From Spirochaetia bacterium (GTDB lineage Bacteria > Spirochaetota > Spirochaetia > CADAEX01), in NCBI GenBank assembly GCA_963662265.2, contig CAXXHA010000010.1, forward strand, positions 288,001 to 352,000: DNA of 64,000 nucleotides, read 5' to 3'. Below, piece after piece: positions 10,037-19,731 of the stretch. Under the pieces are notes generated by a model. It did not search any database and was not told the DNA's origin. It saw only the letters and a program-made list of their open reading frames with translations. The translations under genes were made by a program, and so were the position numbers. Numbering within the stretch: position 1 is the stretch's first letter; each line of letters opens with the position of its first letter.

Positions 10037-10634
10037 AGTTCCTCATTACATAAATCAGTTTACCCAGAATTCTGATATTCTGTGTATATATGGGCGGGTA
10101 AACAGGATTTTCAGCTTTAAGCTTAACCCTGTTTTTTTCCCTGTAAAATCTTTTCAGTGTAACTGCTTCATCATCCAGCATTGCCACAACAATATTGCCG
10201 TTTTCAGCAGTATTCTGATGCCTGAACAGGGCAATATCATCCTCAAGTATACCGGCATCCTTCATGCTGTCCCCTTTTACCTTAAGTGCAAAATGTTTAC
10301 CGTTTTTAAGAACACTGAAAGGGACAGGAATTGTGCCGTCAAAATTCTCTTCCGCCATTAAAGGCTTTCCTGCAGCAACATTACCGAGAAGGGGAATTTC
10401 CGCAATTTCATTACAGGACTGCTCATCTTCAACGACCTCTATTGCCCTTGATCTTCTGAGGTTGCACCGGATTGATTCCTTTTTTTCAAGCGCTTTGAGA
10501 TGATCGTATGCTCCCTTAACAGAAATACTGAAATTCTCTGCAATTTCCCTGATAGTAGGGGGATATGAACACCTGTTTTTATAATTTTTTATAAAATCGA
10601 GAACTTCCCGCTGTCTTGTTGTAAGACTCTTCAT
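10029..10634 (-). CDS. lexA: SOS transcriptional repressor LexA
   Basis: LTTRQREVLDFI..YPPTIREI (wHTH), VAAG cleavage site, GDSM (Ser), VTLKR (Lys). Confidence 0.96.
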   Translation of the reverse strand: MKSLTTRQREVLDFIKNYKNRCSYPPTIREIAENFSISVKGAYDHLKALEKKESIRCNLRRSRAIEVVEDEQSCNEIAEIPLLGNVAAGKPLMAEENFDGTIPVPFSVLKNGKHFALKVKGDSMKDAGILEDDIALFRHQNTAENGNIVVAMLDDEAVTLKRFYREKNRVKLKAENPVYPPIYTQNIRILGKLIYVMRNYD

Positions 10635-12007
10635 TTCAGATTTATTCCAAGTTTTTTTATTTTATTATGAAGGTTACCGGGATACATCCCGATATCCTGT
10701 GCAGTTCTTGTTATATTATAACTGTTTTCTTCAAGTTTTTTAATCAAAAATTTCTTTTCAAACAGCTCTTTTGCCTCGGAAAAAGATACATTGGAGAAAT
10801 CTTCCCCAAATTCGCTTTTTTTCTTTTCTTCCGGAATGTTTTCACTGAGGTCTTCAAGATAATATGCAGCAGTTCCTCCGGAAATAATTTTTTCCTCTGT
10901 CATGACAGAAATTCTCTGGATAAAATTCTTCAGTTCCCTTATATTACCACTCCAGACATGGCTGCCTATTATATCAAAAGCTTCTTCGGAAAATTTTCTC
11001 TCTTCAGAGCTGTTCTGGATATCATATTTTTTAAAGAAATAAAGAACAAGCTCCCTGATATCTTTTTTTCTGTCCCTGAGAGGGGGCAGATAGAGAGGTA
11101 TGACATTGAGACGGAAAAAAAGGTCTTCCCTGAAACGGCCGTCCCTTACCTCCTGGAGTATATCCTTGTTTGTCGCTGCTATTATTCTGACATCAACAGC
11201 TACGGTTTTCTCGCTTCCCACCCGTTCAAAACGCATTTCCTGTACTGCACGGAGCACTTTAGCCTGGGCAGACAGCGACATGTCAGCTATTTCGTCAAGA
11301 AACAGTGTGCCACGGTCAGCCAGTTCAAATTTCCCCTTGCGGCTGGCTACCGCTCCTGTGAAAGCCCCCTTCTCATGCCCGAAAAGCTCGCTTTCAAGGA
11401 GGGAATCAGGAATTGATGCACAGTTTACTTCAATAAACGGCTTATCCCTTCTTGAACTGCGCTTGTGTATCTCTTTTGCCGCCAGTTCCTTTCCTGTGCC
11501 GTTTTCACCGAGAATCATTACGCTTGCGTCTGAATCAGCAACCTGAGAGATAACCTTCCTGACCTTATCCATTTCTTCCCCTGATCCGATCATCCTGTCC
11601 TCCTGGAGGACAGCATCTTTCAGTTCACGGTTTTCCTTCTTAAGCCCTTCTATTGTCAGCGCATTTCTTACAAGGGTAGTTACTTTTTCAAGAGAAAGGG
11701 GTTTTTCTAGAAAATCAAACGCCCCTTTCTTAACAGCTTTCACAGCCATATCAATATTTCCGTGACCGGAAATAATTATCACTTCAAGATCTTTCCTTGC
11801 CTTTTTTATCTCCTCGAGAACTTCAAGCCCCCCCATTCCGGGAAGCCAGACATCAAGAATAACAAGATCAAAATCCCCGCCTACCGCCTTCTCAAGCCCG
11901 GAAGGACCGTCAGATGCTGTATCAACCTCATACCCCTCATCTTCGAGTATTCCGGAAAGAACAGCACATATATTTTCTTCATCATCAATAACCAGTATTC
12001 TGTACAT
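10631..12007 (-). CDS. Sigma-54-dependent response regulator (NtrX/NtrC family)
   Basis: Receiver + AAA+ (GENGTGKE, ESELFGHEKGAFTGA) + C-terminal HTH. Confidence 0.93.
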   Translation of the reverse strand: MYRILVIDDEENICAVLSGILEDEGYEVDTASDGPSGLEKAVGGDFDLVILDVWLPGMGGLEVLEEIKKARKDLEVIIISGHGNIDMAVKAVKKGAFDFLEKPLSLEKVTTLVRNALTIEGLKKENRELKDAVLQEDRMIGSGEEMDKVRKVISQVADSDASVMILGENGTGKELAAKEIHKRSSRRDKPFIEVNCASIPDSLLESELFGHEKGAFTGAVASRKGKFELADRGTLFLDEIADMSLSAQAKVLRAVQEMRFERVGSEKTVAVDVRIIAATNKDILQEVRDGRFREDLFFRLNVIPLYLPPLRDRKKDIRELVLYFFKKYDIQNSSEERKFSEEAFDIIGSHVWSGNIRELKNFIQRISVMTEEKIISGGTAAYYLEDLSENIPEEKKKSEFGEDFSNVSFSEAKELFEKKFLIKKLEENSYNITRTAQDIGMYPGNLHNKIKKLGINLK

Positions 12008-13769
12008 AATTTTCCTCTACAGGCAGGTCTATATAAAAAGTTGTTCCCACACCTTGTTCCGATTCAAACCATATTGAACCGTTATGGTCAAAAATAATTC
12101 TTTCTACAATTGCAAGTCCGAGACCGGTACCGCTGTTTCTGGTTGTGAAGTATGGGGAAAAAACCTGCTCCTTGATCTCATCCCGTATACCGTAACCATT
12201 ATCTGAAATCTGTATTCTGTAATACAGTATGTTCTCTTTGTTAATAACATCTGTTCTTACCTGAATATAACCAGACCTGTCAACAGCTTCCACAGAATTA
12301 CTCAGCAGGTTAATAAGTACCTGCTTTATCTTTTCCCTGTCCATATATATCTTCTCTGAATCCTTGACTCCCGACAGATCGAAATTCACATTTTTATGAC
12401 TCACAGAAAACATCTCTGTAGCTTCCCTTATAATATCACCAGGGGCGGAAAGCTCAAAAACCAGGGAAGGCATCCTTGCGAAGTTGCTGAATTCTGTCAG
12501 AAGCTTATTCAACCTGTCAACTTCACTGATAATAACATTTACAGAAGAATCAAGAATCTTTTCAAAATTGGGGTCATCCATCTCATATCTCTTCTTCAGC
12601 CGTTCAGATGAAAGTTTTATCGGAGTGAGGGGATTTTTTATCTCATGAGCCATCCTTCTCGCGATTTCCTTCCATGCATTGATCTTGTCAGACTGCATGT
12701 TTTTCTTTCTGGCAGTTTCAAGTTCCTTGATCATCGCGTTAAATGAATTTACAAGAACTGAAATACTGTCTCCCGGGCGGGTCAGTATCCGGAAGGAAAA
12801 ATCACCCTCCGCAACCCTCCTGGTTGCATCTTCGAGATGGATTATAGGCTGAAGCGTCTCTTCAGACAGTTTAAAGCTTATTATCAGGGACAGCAGAAAA
12901 ATAGGGAGAGAGAAAAATACGAGGACTGCAATAATTATCACAATGAAGAAAGACTGATAATTTTCAAGCTGTGTAAAAATATCAAATGTAAGGGAAAGCT
13001 TCTCCGCTTTTTTCCCGAAATTATCAGGAAGATATGATCCAAGTATGACTATATAGCTGTCTTCCCCCTTATAAATATCCTTCTGTATCCTGACAAGACT
13101 CTTTTCCCCGGAAGTTACCCTTGTCAGAAGCCCCTTTTCCCCCCTGAGAACTTCTTCATCCGGAATTTCCGATCCTTCTTCCCCGGAAAAAAAGACTGTC
13201 TTTCCGTTTTCAAGAATCTGAAAACTGTGAATAAACGGGAACCCTCTTTTTATTTCATTCCACATTTTCGGAGGATTATACGGGAGATAGCGGGAGGAAT
13301 AATTGAAATAAGAGGAAGAGGGAACAGCTTCAAGATTTTCCACCCTTTCATTGTAAAGAGCAAGTGCAACATCAATTCCCCCCTTGACCGCTCCCGAATG
13401 GTTCTGGTCAAGCCAGGAATTAACAGCTGTATTTAAAAAACTCATTGTAATTATTGCCTGCGGAAGTGCGGAAATAACAGAAACAAAGGAAAAGAAAAGT
13501 ATCAGTTTTATCTTAAAGTAAACACCGGCTTTTCTTTCCCTCTTCTCCTTGATAATCCTGACAATGTTGACTATTATGTTTCCAAGAAGAAAAACCGGAA
13601 GAAGCACTGCAAACGGAACAAGTATGATTCGGGATGGAATATTATCGGTTGAAAGATCTGAAAATATCTGCCCGGCAAATATCAGTATCAGAGTTATTAT
13701 GAATACATATACCAGAAGAACACTTAAAAGACCTGCCCGCGATGTGATTAATGGATGGGGACCTTTCAC
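11985..13769 (-). CDS. HAMP sensor histidine kinase (NtrY-like)
   Basis: TM helices, HAMP, AWKEIARRMAHEIKNPLTPI H-box, GTGLGL G2 box. Confidence 0.92.
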   Translation of the reverse strand: MKGPHPLITSRAGLLSVLLVYVFIITLILIFAGQIFSDLSTDNIPSRIILVPFAVLLPVFLLGNIIVNIVRIIKEKRERKAGVYFKIKLILFFSFVSVISALPQAIITMSFLNTAVNSWLDQNHSGAVKGGIDVALALYNERVENLEAVPSSSYFNYSSRYLPYNPPKMWNEIKRGFPFIHSFQILENGKTVFFSGEEGSEIPDEEVLRGEKGLLTRVTSGEKSLVRIQKDIYKGEDSYIVILGSYLPDNFGKKAEKLSLTFDIFTQLENYQSFFIVIIIAVLVFFSLPIFLLSLIISFKLSEETLQPIIHLEDATRRVAEGDFSFRILTRPGDSISVLVNSFNAMIKELETARKKNMQSDKINAWKEIARRMAHEIKNPLTPIKLSSERLKKRYEMDDPNFEKILDSSVNVIISEVDRLNKLLTEFSNFARMPSLVFELSAPGDIIREATEMFSVSHKNVNFDLSGVKDSEKIYMDREKIKQVLINLLSNSVEAVDRSGYIQVRTDVINKENILYYRIQISDNGYGIRDEIKEQVFSPYFTTRNSGTGLGLAIVERIIFDHNGSIWFESEQGVGTTFYIDLPVEENYVQNTGY

Positions 13770-14311
13770 TATTCAATCCTGAACTTATCAGCTTTAATCC
13801 AGTCTGTACTCTCCACAATTCCAGGTATGATAAATGAAAAAAGGTTAAACGGTGGTACCAGTTTTATAACTTTGAGATTAATTTTTCCGAGAATATAATA
13901 ATCGCCCGGTTTTTCATCCGAAAGATCAATTTCCAGATTATTCAGAATATAAAAATTATCAAGAAATTCCTTTTCAGTGTTGTAAACTATTTTTCCGCTT
14001 TTTTCATTGACAATATGAAACTGGCCGTTTATCAAATCTTTTTTACCTATATATGAACAGGTGAGATCCCTGACCAGGCTATCCCCGAACAGGCTGAACA
14101 CCCTGCGGTCCTTCCTGTAAATCTTTATCCTGTATTCGATTTCAGCCCTGTGACCAATCTCCATTGAACGGAGGATATTTCGCCCCCTGACATCATCGGC
14201 GGAAACCGAGCAGACAAGATGGTTTGTGCTGTCGAGGGTACTGTCCAGCTGAAAAGCATAAAGAGGAAATCCGATAATAAACAGAAATAAAAAAAGTCTA
14301 TTCTTCTTCAA
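13769..14311 (-). CDS. Exported hypothetical protein upstream of NtrY-like kinase (DUF4390-like position)
   Basis: Signal-peptide-like N-terminus from TTG 14311; abuts kinase start; family assignment is positional inference. Confidence 0.6.
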   Translation of the reverse strand: MKKNRLFLFLFIIGFPLYAFQLDSTLDSTNHLVCSVSADDVRGRNILRSMEIGHRAEIEYRIKIYRKDRRVFSLFGDSLVRDLTCSYIGKKDLINGQFHIVNEKSGKIVYNTEKEFLDNFYILNNLEIDLSDEKPGDYYILGKINLKVIKLVPPFNLFSFIIPGIVESTDWIKADKFRIE

Positions 14312-14564
14312 ATTTATTTTCAAAAAGCTGAAAAACCGCATCAGCAGCAGCTTCTTCATCCTCCCCTTCCGCTATTATTGTAAGCGCAGTTTTATAACCT
14401 GCCGCAAGTGTAATTATACCCATAATTGATTTCGCATTTATTTCATCATTGTCTTTTCTGAATTTCAGATCACAGCTGAACTGATTAGCTGTCTTTACAA
14501 TTGCTGCCGCAGGTCTGGCATGAATGCCTGCCCTGTTTTTTACTACAACCTCTTTTTCTATCAT
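14298..14564 (-). CDS. ptsH: Phosphocarrier protein HPr
   Basis: GIHARPA (His15), NAKSIMGI (Ser46). Confidence 0.96.
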   Translation of the reverse strand: MIEKEVVVKNRAGIHARPAAAIVKTANQFSCDLKFRKDNDEINAKSIMGIITLAAGYKTALTIIAEGEDEEAAADAVFQLFENKFEEE

Positions 14565-14586
14565 CCACTAAACTCCGGTTATTAAA

Positions 14587-15555
14587 TCAGTAAAGTTCGG
14601 AAGAAGCTACCGAATCTGTCTCAAGCCATTTTACTACATTCTGATTGAATTCCCTGGCCGAATAATAACCCATTTTCTTGAGCCGCTCATTTGCTGCAGC
14701 TGTTTCAATAATTATCGGAATATTCCGTCCAGGTTTTATCGGAATCAGAAGGCTTGGAATATGAACTCCAAGAATTTCTTCGGTTTTTTCCTCTGTACCT
14801 ATCCTGTCATAATCTTTACTTGAATCCCACTCTTCAAGATTGACAATCAGCTGTACCTGTTTGGTATCTCTGATTGCCGCCACACCGTACAGATGTGTGA
14901 TATTTATAATGCCGAGACCTCTTATTTCCATATGGTGAGCAAGAAAAGCATTGCCCCCCTTGCCTTCAAGGTGGTTTCCTGCCACACTCTTAATTTCAAC
15001 AAGATCATCTGCTATAAGTCTGTGTCCCCGTTCTATCAGTTCAAGCGCGGATTCGCTCTTACCTACACCGCTTTTACCCTTGATAAGAACCCCTATACCG
15101 TATACTTCAACAAACACACCGTGGACAACCTGCTGAGGAGCAAATATTCTTTCAATAACCCTTATAAGCCGCTGTGAAAGCTCGGGCGATGAAAGTTCTG
15201 TCTGAAGAACAGGACATTTAGCCTTTTCAGCAATTTCTATGAATTTCTTTTCAGGAACTGCTCCATACGGAAAAATGCAGCATGGGAAATTAAATGAAAA
15301 AAACTTCTCAAGGACTTCTGTCTTGTCCTCTTCAATGAGTTTTTTTATAAATGCATATTCCCCCCGGCCGAAAACCTGTATTCTCTGGTAGGCAAAATTA
15401 TCAAAATAGCCTGCCAGGGCAAGTCCGGGACGGTCAAGATATGCGACAGTTATCTCCCTGCCGAGTCCCGCTCTTCCTGCAATACACTTCAGGAAAAGAG
15501 CGTCATTTTCCTTCAAATCAAGATCAAGCAGATCCAGAATAGTAAATTTCTTCAT
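14587..15555 (-). CDS. hprK: HPr kinase/phosphorylase
   Basis: GKSGVGKSESALELIERGHRLIADD, MEIRGLGII, PGRN. Confidence 0.97.
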   Translation of the reverse strand: MKKFTILDLLDLDLKENDALFLKCIAGRAGLGREITVAYLDRPGLALAGYFDNFAYQRIQVFGRGEYAFIKKLIEEDKTEVLEKFFSFNFPCCIFPYGAVPEKKFIEIAEKAKCPVLQTELSSPELSQRLIRVIERIFAPQQVVHGVFVEVYGIGVLIKGKSGVGKSESALELIERGHRLIADDLVEIKSVAGNHLEGKGGNAFLAHHMEIRGLGIINITHLYGVAAIRDTKQVQLIVNLEEWDSSKDYDRIGTEEKTEEILGVHIPSLLIPIKPGRNIPIIIETAAANERLKKMGYYSAREFNQNVVKWLETDSVASSELY

Positions 15556-15591
15556 ATACCCTATATTATATCAAGTGTGAAAATAATGGAA

Positions 15592-15614
15592 GAGACCGGC
15601 ACACTGCCGGTCTC
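15592..15614 (-). terminator. Probable intrinsic terminator after hpf
   Basis: Perfect 9-bp stem GAGACCGGC/GCCGGTCTC; weak U tail. Confidence 0.55.
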
Positions 15615-15796
15615 CGTGATATCTCTTTTTTAACATCTAAAACAAGTCTTAATTTTCCACAGAAAAACTGTCTGCCTTTTAAACAACTTTTCAGGATGTA
15701 CTGATAAAATCAGTTTTCACAGTATGTTTACTGCGGAATTTATTATACCTGATAATAAAAACATGAAAAAAGAATACAAGACACTTAAAAAATCAA

Positions 15797-16087
15797 TCAA
15801 TGCTCCTGTATCTTTTCCTTTTCCTTTGCAATTTTATGTTTAAGTTTATCAACAATACTGTCTATCGCATCGTAAAGATCATGATTGGATACTTTAATGT
15901 GATGACTCAACCCCCACCGGAAATTAACATCAGAATTAATGACATACCCTGTCTTTTCCCGTTCTATCTTGAAAAGAAGATCAACTATCATGTCTTTTGC
16001 AAATTCAAGTTTCTTTACTTTCTTTTCAATCTGTTCAACTGTCCTGTCACTAACATCGTAATGAATACCTTTAACCTGTAAATTCAT
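15797..16087 (-). CDS. hpf: Ribosome hibernation promoting factor (HPF/RaiA)
   Basis: 96 aa directly after rpoN; DLYDAID motif. Confidence 0.9.
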   Translation of the reverse strand: MNLQVKGIHYDVSDRTVEQIEKKVKKLEFAKDMIVDLLFKIEREKTGYVINSDVNFRWGLSHHIKVSNHDLYDAIDSIVDKLKHKIAKEKEKIQEH

Positions 16088-16108
16088 TAAATCCTCCTGA
16101 AATTTATT

Positions 16109-17488
16109 TTACCTATCATAAGAAGAGGCAATGTCAAGTTCTTTTCTATACTTTGCGACGGTCCTCCTTGCTATTTTTATTCCGTTCTTTTCTTTCAGGT
16201 AATCAGCCAGTTTCTGATCTGAAAGATGACGGTCCTTTCCTTCTGTTTCAATAATCTCCTTAAGCATGAATTTCACACTCTCCCTGGAAACAGAACTGTC
16301 TTTTGAATCAGTTCTTGCAAGGGCTGTTGAAAAAAAGTATTTTAGGGGGAAAATTCCCCAGTCTGTCTGTATATATTTGCTGTTTGATATCCTCGAAATA
16401 GTTGTCTCGTGAACCCCCACCTCCTCTGCAATATCTTTCAGAGTAAGCGGTTTAAGGAAACGGGGCCCTTTGAGAAAAAAATTTTTCTGAAAAAACGCAA
16501 TTGCTGTTGCTGTCTTCAGCAGAGTCTGGTTTCTGAGGCCTATGGTCTGAATAAACCATCTTGCATCTTTTATGCTTGAATTCACAAATTTCTTTGCAGA
16601 TTTATCGCCGGACAGATCTTCACTTGAAAGATCACCGAAAGAGGGACTGATTCCCAGGACAGGAATTTCCTCTTCGTTAAGCCGTATTACAAGTTCCCCG
16701 TCAGACACCTTTATAAGGAGGTCGGGAATAACATACCTTGTCTGCTCTGAAGCAAACTGCCGTCCAGGAAAAGGATTGAGTGTTTTGATGAATTCAAAAG
16801 CTTCTATGATCTTGTTTTCCCTGATCTTCAAGTCTTTTGAAATTTCTTTGTAACGCCCCTTTTCAAGATGCTCAAGATAATTTTCAAGTATTTCAACTGT
16901 AAATTCAGGCCGGTCATCAGAAAGCTGAGCCTGTACAACCAGTGATTCCGTGTAGCCTGCAGTGCAGGTCCCCTGTGGATCAAACCTGTTGATAAGCTCA
17001 ATTGCCTCGGTAAGGACATTTTCAGGAATATCAACACCCAGAGTTTCCGGCTTTTCAATGAAAAACCCGTTTTCATCCAGATTCTGAATAAGCAGTTCTC
17101 CGGCTTTATAGATCTCCTCCCTTACAGGCTGAATACTCAGCTGGGAAAGAAGATGTTCCTGAAGCGATTCCTCGCGGGAGAGAACACCTTCGATAAACAT
17201 TCTCTTGCTGTCGCTTTCGATGGAAGAACCGGAGCCCGTGGCAAATCCGGGATCTGATGAATTTTCAAAATAGTCATATTCATCCTTTCTTCCAGAGTCT
17301 ACTTCATCTATTGAGATTTCATTTTTCTGATCTTTGATTTCAAGAGCGGGGTTCCGGTCCACTTCTTCCTGTATACGGAATTTAAGATCCTGAACCGGCA
17401 GAGCCATCAGCTGAATCGACTGAAACATCTGAGGACTCAATTTCATTTTCTGTTCCTGTATTAAAACAGGTTTCTGATACTGCAACAC
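16109..17488 (-). CDS. rpoN: RNA polymerase sigma-54 factor
   Basis: Q-rich N-terminus, PLTLKDIAEEVGVHETTISR, RpoN box ARRTVAKYR. Confidence 0.97.
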   Translation of the reverse strand: MLQYQKPVLIQEQKMKLSPQMFQSIQLMALPVQDLKFRIQEEVDRNPALEIKDQKNEISIDEVDSGRKDEYDYFENSSDPGFATGSGSSIESDSKRMFIEGVLSREESLQEHLLSQLSIQPVREEIYKAGELLIQNLDENGFFIEKPETLGVDIPENVLTEAIELINRFDPQGTCTAGYTESLVVQAQLSDDRPEFTVEILENYLEHLEKGRYKEISKDLKIRENKIIEAFEFIKTLNPFPGRQFASEQTRYVIPDLLIKVSDGELVIRLNEEEIPVLGISPSFGDLSSEDLSGDKSAKKFVNSSIKDARWFIQTIGLRNQTLLKTATAIAFFQKNFFLKGPRFLKPLTLKDIAEEVGVHETTISRISNSKYIQTDWGIFPLKYFFSTALARTDSKDSSVSRESVKFMLKEIIETEGKDRHLSDQKLADYLKEKNGIKIARRTVAKYRKELDIASSYDR

Positions 17489-17512
17489 ATTCTCCAGGAC
17501 TTGTATATATTA

Positions 17513-17541
17513 AATTTAAGTTTAGCCGGCAGGAATGTCAA
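17513..17541 (-). promoter_or_regulatory. Sigma70-type promoter of rpoN
   Basis: TTGACA-N17-TAAATT on minus strand. Confidence 0.7.
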
Positions 17542-17651
17542 CAAATAAATGAAAATTAAAAACAGGTTGGCACAAATATTTAATTACTCTGGCTAATTTT
17601 TAAATATACTCGTTCATAATAAATAACAGGATAATTATACCATATTCTGCG

Positions 17652-18392
17652 TTACATGGAGAAGTTATGTCCGAGATAAATCTGCTTTGCAGTTTCATTT
17701 GAAAGTATTTCATCTCTTCCCCCGGAAACAACAATTTCCCCCTGGTTTATGATAAATGAGCGGTCTGTTATCTCAAGAGTATCGCGTACATTGTGGTCTG
17801 TAATCAGAACACCAATCCCCTTATCAGAGAGTTTTTTAACTATTTTCTTTATTTCAAATACAGCAATAGGATCAATTCCTGCAAACGGTTCATCGAGAAG
17901 AAGAAAACGGGGCCTTATTGCAAGGGATCTTGCAATTTCTGTTCTCCTTCTTTCCCCCCCCGACAATGTATATGCTTTCTGTTTTCGCAGGTCTGCTATT
18001 CCCAGTTCCTCAAGAAGCCCGTCAAGCTGCTGTTTCTTTTCTCCATCAGTAAGGTCGTTTCTGGTCTCAAGTATTGAATAGATGTTGTCCTCTACAGACA
18101 GTTTTCTGAATATTGAAGCTTCCTGGGGAAGGTATGAAATACCGAGCCTTGCCCGTTTATACATCGGAAACCCTGTGACATCTTCACCGTCAAGAAAAAT
18201 TTTCCCGCCTGTCACCTTAATGAAACCCACTATCATGTAGAAAGCAGTTGTCTTGCCTGCCCCGTTGGGCCCCAACAGGCCGACAACCTCGCCATCCTCC
18301 ATCGAAAAACTGACATCGCGGACAGCTGTTTTCTTCCCGAATTTCTTATTAAGCCCTTCAACCAGCAGACCATTATTACTAGGCATTATCAA
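17652..18392 (-). CDS. lptB: LPS export ABC ATPase
   Basis: GLLGPNGAGKTT, YLPQEASIF, LSGGERRRTEIAR, DEPFAGIDP, ITDHNVR. Confidence 0.95.
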   Translation of the reverse strand: MIMPSNNGLLVEGLNKKFGKKTAVRDVSFSMEDGEVVGLLGPNGAGKTTAFYMIVGFIKVTGGKIFLDGEDVTGFPMYKRARLGISYLPQEASIFRKLSVEDNIYSILETRNDLTDGEKKQQLDGLLEELGIADLRKQKAYTLSGGERRRTEIARSLAIRPRFLLLDEPFAGIDPIAVFEIKKIVKKLSDKGIGVLITDHNVRDTLEITDRSFIINQGEIVVSGGRDEILSNETAKQIYLGHNFSM

Positions 18393-18419
18393 ACTCCTGA
18401 TAAACTTTACTTTTCAACA

Positions 18420-19199
18420 TTATTCAGAATCCGGATTCGCTTCAGGACTGCCGGCAGCCGGATTTACAGAAGTATTTTCAGAAACAGGATCCTGTTCCTG
18501 GATTTCAGTTTCTGCAGGGGCTGATTCATCTCCTTCAGACTTTTCAGTACCAGAAGAATCCTTTTCATCAGTCTGTTCTTCATCATTTTCCGTATAAATA
18601 GTTCCGCTCACAGAACCTTCAAGAAATATTTCATCGGTATCCAGGTTTATAGTAATTTTAAGAGCCTTGTATTCATCACCTTTCCAGAAAACAAGAGGAA
18701 GCCCTGACAGTTCGAGAATATCATCATCTCTTATATATCTTGCAAATTCTGAACGGCTGACCATGTCATCTTTGAAAATACGGACCCCCACCTGGATAAT
18801 CACAGTCTCGGTATCGCCTGAATACTCCATATAACTTCCCTTGACTATAACCTCATTTTTAAGGTCCTCAAGAACAATTCCCCCCTCAAACCGGGTTATA
18901 TCATCTTTCCGGTTGAAAAGCATTGAATCTGCTGCAATACGGAGCCCTTTTTCATTATCCTCCATCTCAACCCGGCCGCTGCACTGTGCATATTTATATT
19001 CATCGCCGTAAAGTTCGATTTTTCCCGATTTTATCACTGTGGAATCAGAAATAATCTGCGCATTGCCGGACAGGACAGTATATTCTCTTCCCCTTGCCAT
19101 GACAGTTGAAAAACTGTCACTTGAAAATTCAAATGTTTCACAGAAAACAGGAGATGATACGAGGATTAAAATAAATATAATTTTAGTCAGATGATACAT
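18420..19199 (-). CDS. LptA/OstA-like periplasmic beta-jellyroll protein with acidic tail
   Basis: Signal peptide from ATG 19199; beta-rich; between lptC-like gene and lptB. Confidence 0.75.
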   Translation of the reverse strand: MYHLTKIIFILILVSSPVFCETFEFSSDSFSTVMARGREYTVLSGNAQIISDSTVIKSGKIELYGDEYKYAQCSGRVEMEDNEKGLRIAADSMLFNRKDDITRFEGGIVLEDLKNEVIVKGSYMEYSGDTETVIIQVGVRIFKDDMVSRSEFARYIRDDDILELSGLPLVFWKGDEYKALKITINLDTDEIFLEGSVSGTIYTENDEEQTDEKDSSGTEKSEGDESAPAETEIQEQDPVSENTSVNPAAGSPEANPDSE

Positions 19200-19731
19200 A
19201 TTTACCTTTTGTTTTACCTTTGAATGCAAAACTTCTTTCTGCAGATGAAGTATAAAATCCGCTTCCTTCAATAACAGACCCGTCATCCCTGCCTATTGTA
19301 ACATGGGAATTCTCCCCTCCGGCAAGGGATTTCTGTTTATTGTCCCAGTACAGATAATCACCTTCGATGAAAAAACCCTGTTCTGCAGCATTTAGAATGA
19401 CTTTTTCCCGGAATTCGATGTTTTCCGTATCATTGAAATATTCAGCTTCAACACAGGCTCCCTCGGTAGCTATTTCCCCGGAGCGGTTATACTCGATAAA
19501 ATAAAGATCTGTAAATACTGTTGATTTTCTTTTATTGAAAGTTTCTGCTTTATCTGCTTCAAGAATATAGGAGGGTTCCCCCCCCTTTATAACAACTTCC
19601 CTGAAATTGATAACAACTGAATTGGGAGTTTCATCAGAAAGCTCTTCATCAAAAAAACTTTCCTCATAATCATGAGAACATGATATGAGGAATAAAAATA
19701 TGAGTAGAAGAAGAATACTATTTTTTACCAT
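19183..19731 (-). CDS. lptC: LptC-like LPS export lipoprotein
   Basis: Lipobox LISC; position in pyrG-lptC-lptA-lptB cluster. Confidence 0.75.
   Translation of the reverse strand: MVKNSILLLLIFLFLISCSHDYEESFFDEELSDETPNSVVINFREVVIKGGEPSYILEADKAETFNKRKSTVFTDLYFIEYNRSGEIATEGACVEAEYFNDTENIEFREKVILNAAEQGFFIEGDYLYWDNKQKSLAGGENSHVTIGRDDGSVIEGSGFYTSSAERSFAFKGKTKGKYVSSD

Noticed and set aside
17568-17582. Sigma54 -24/-12 site upstream of rpoN (autoregulation)
   Set aside because: TGGCAC is present but the -12 position reads TTTA instead of TTGC; too weak to call
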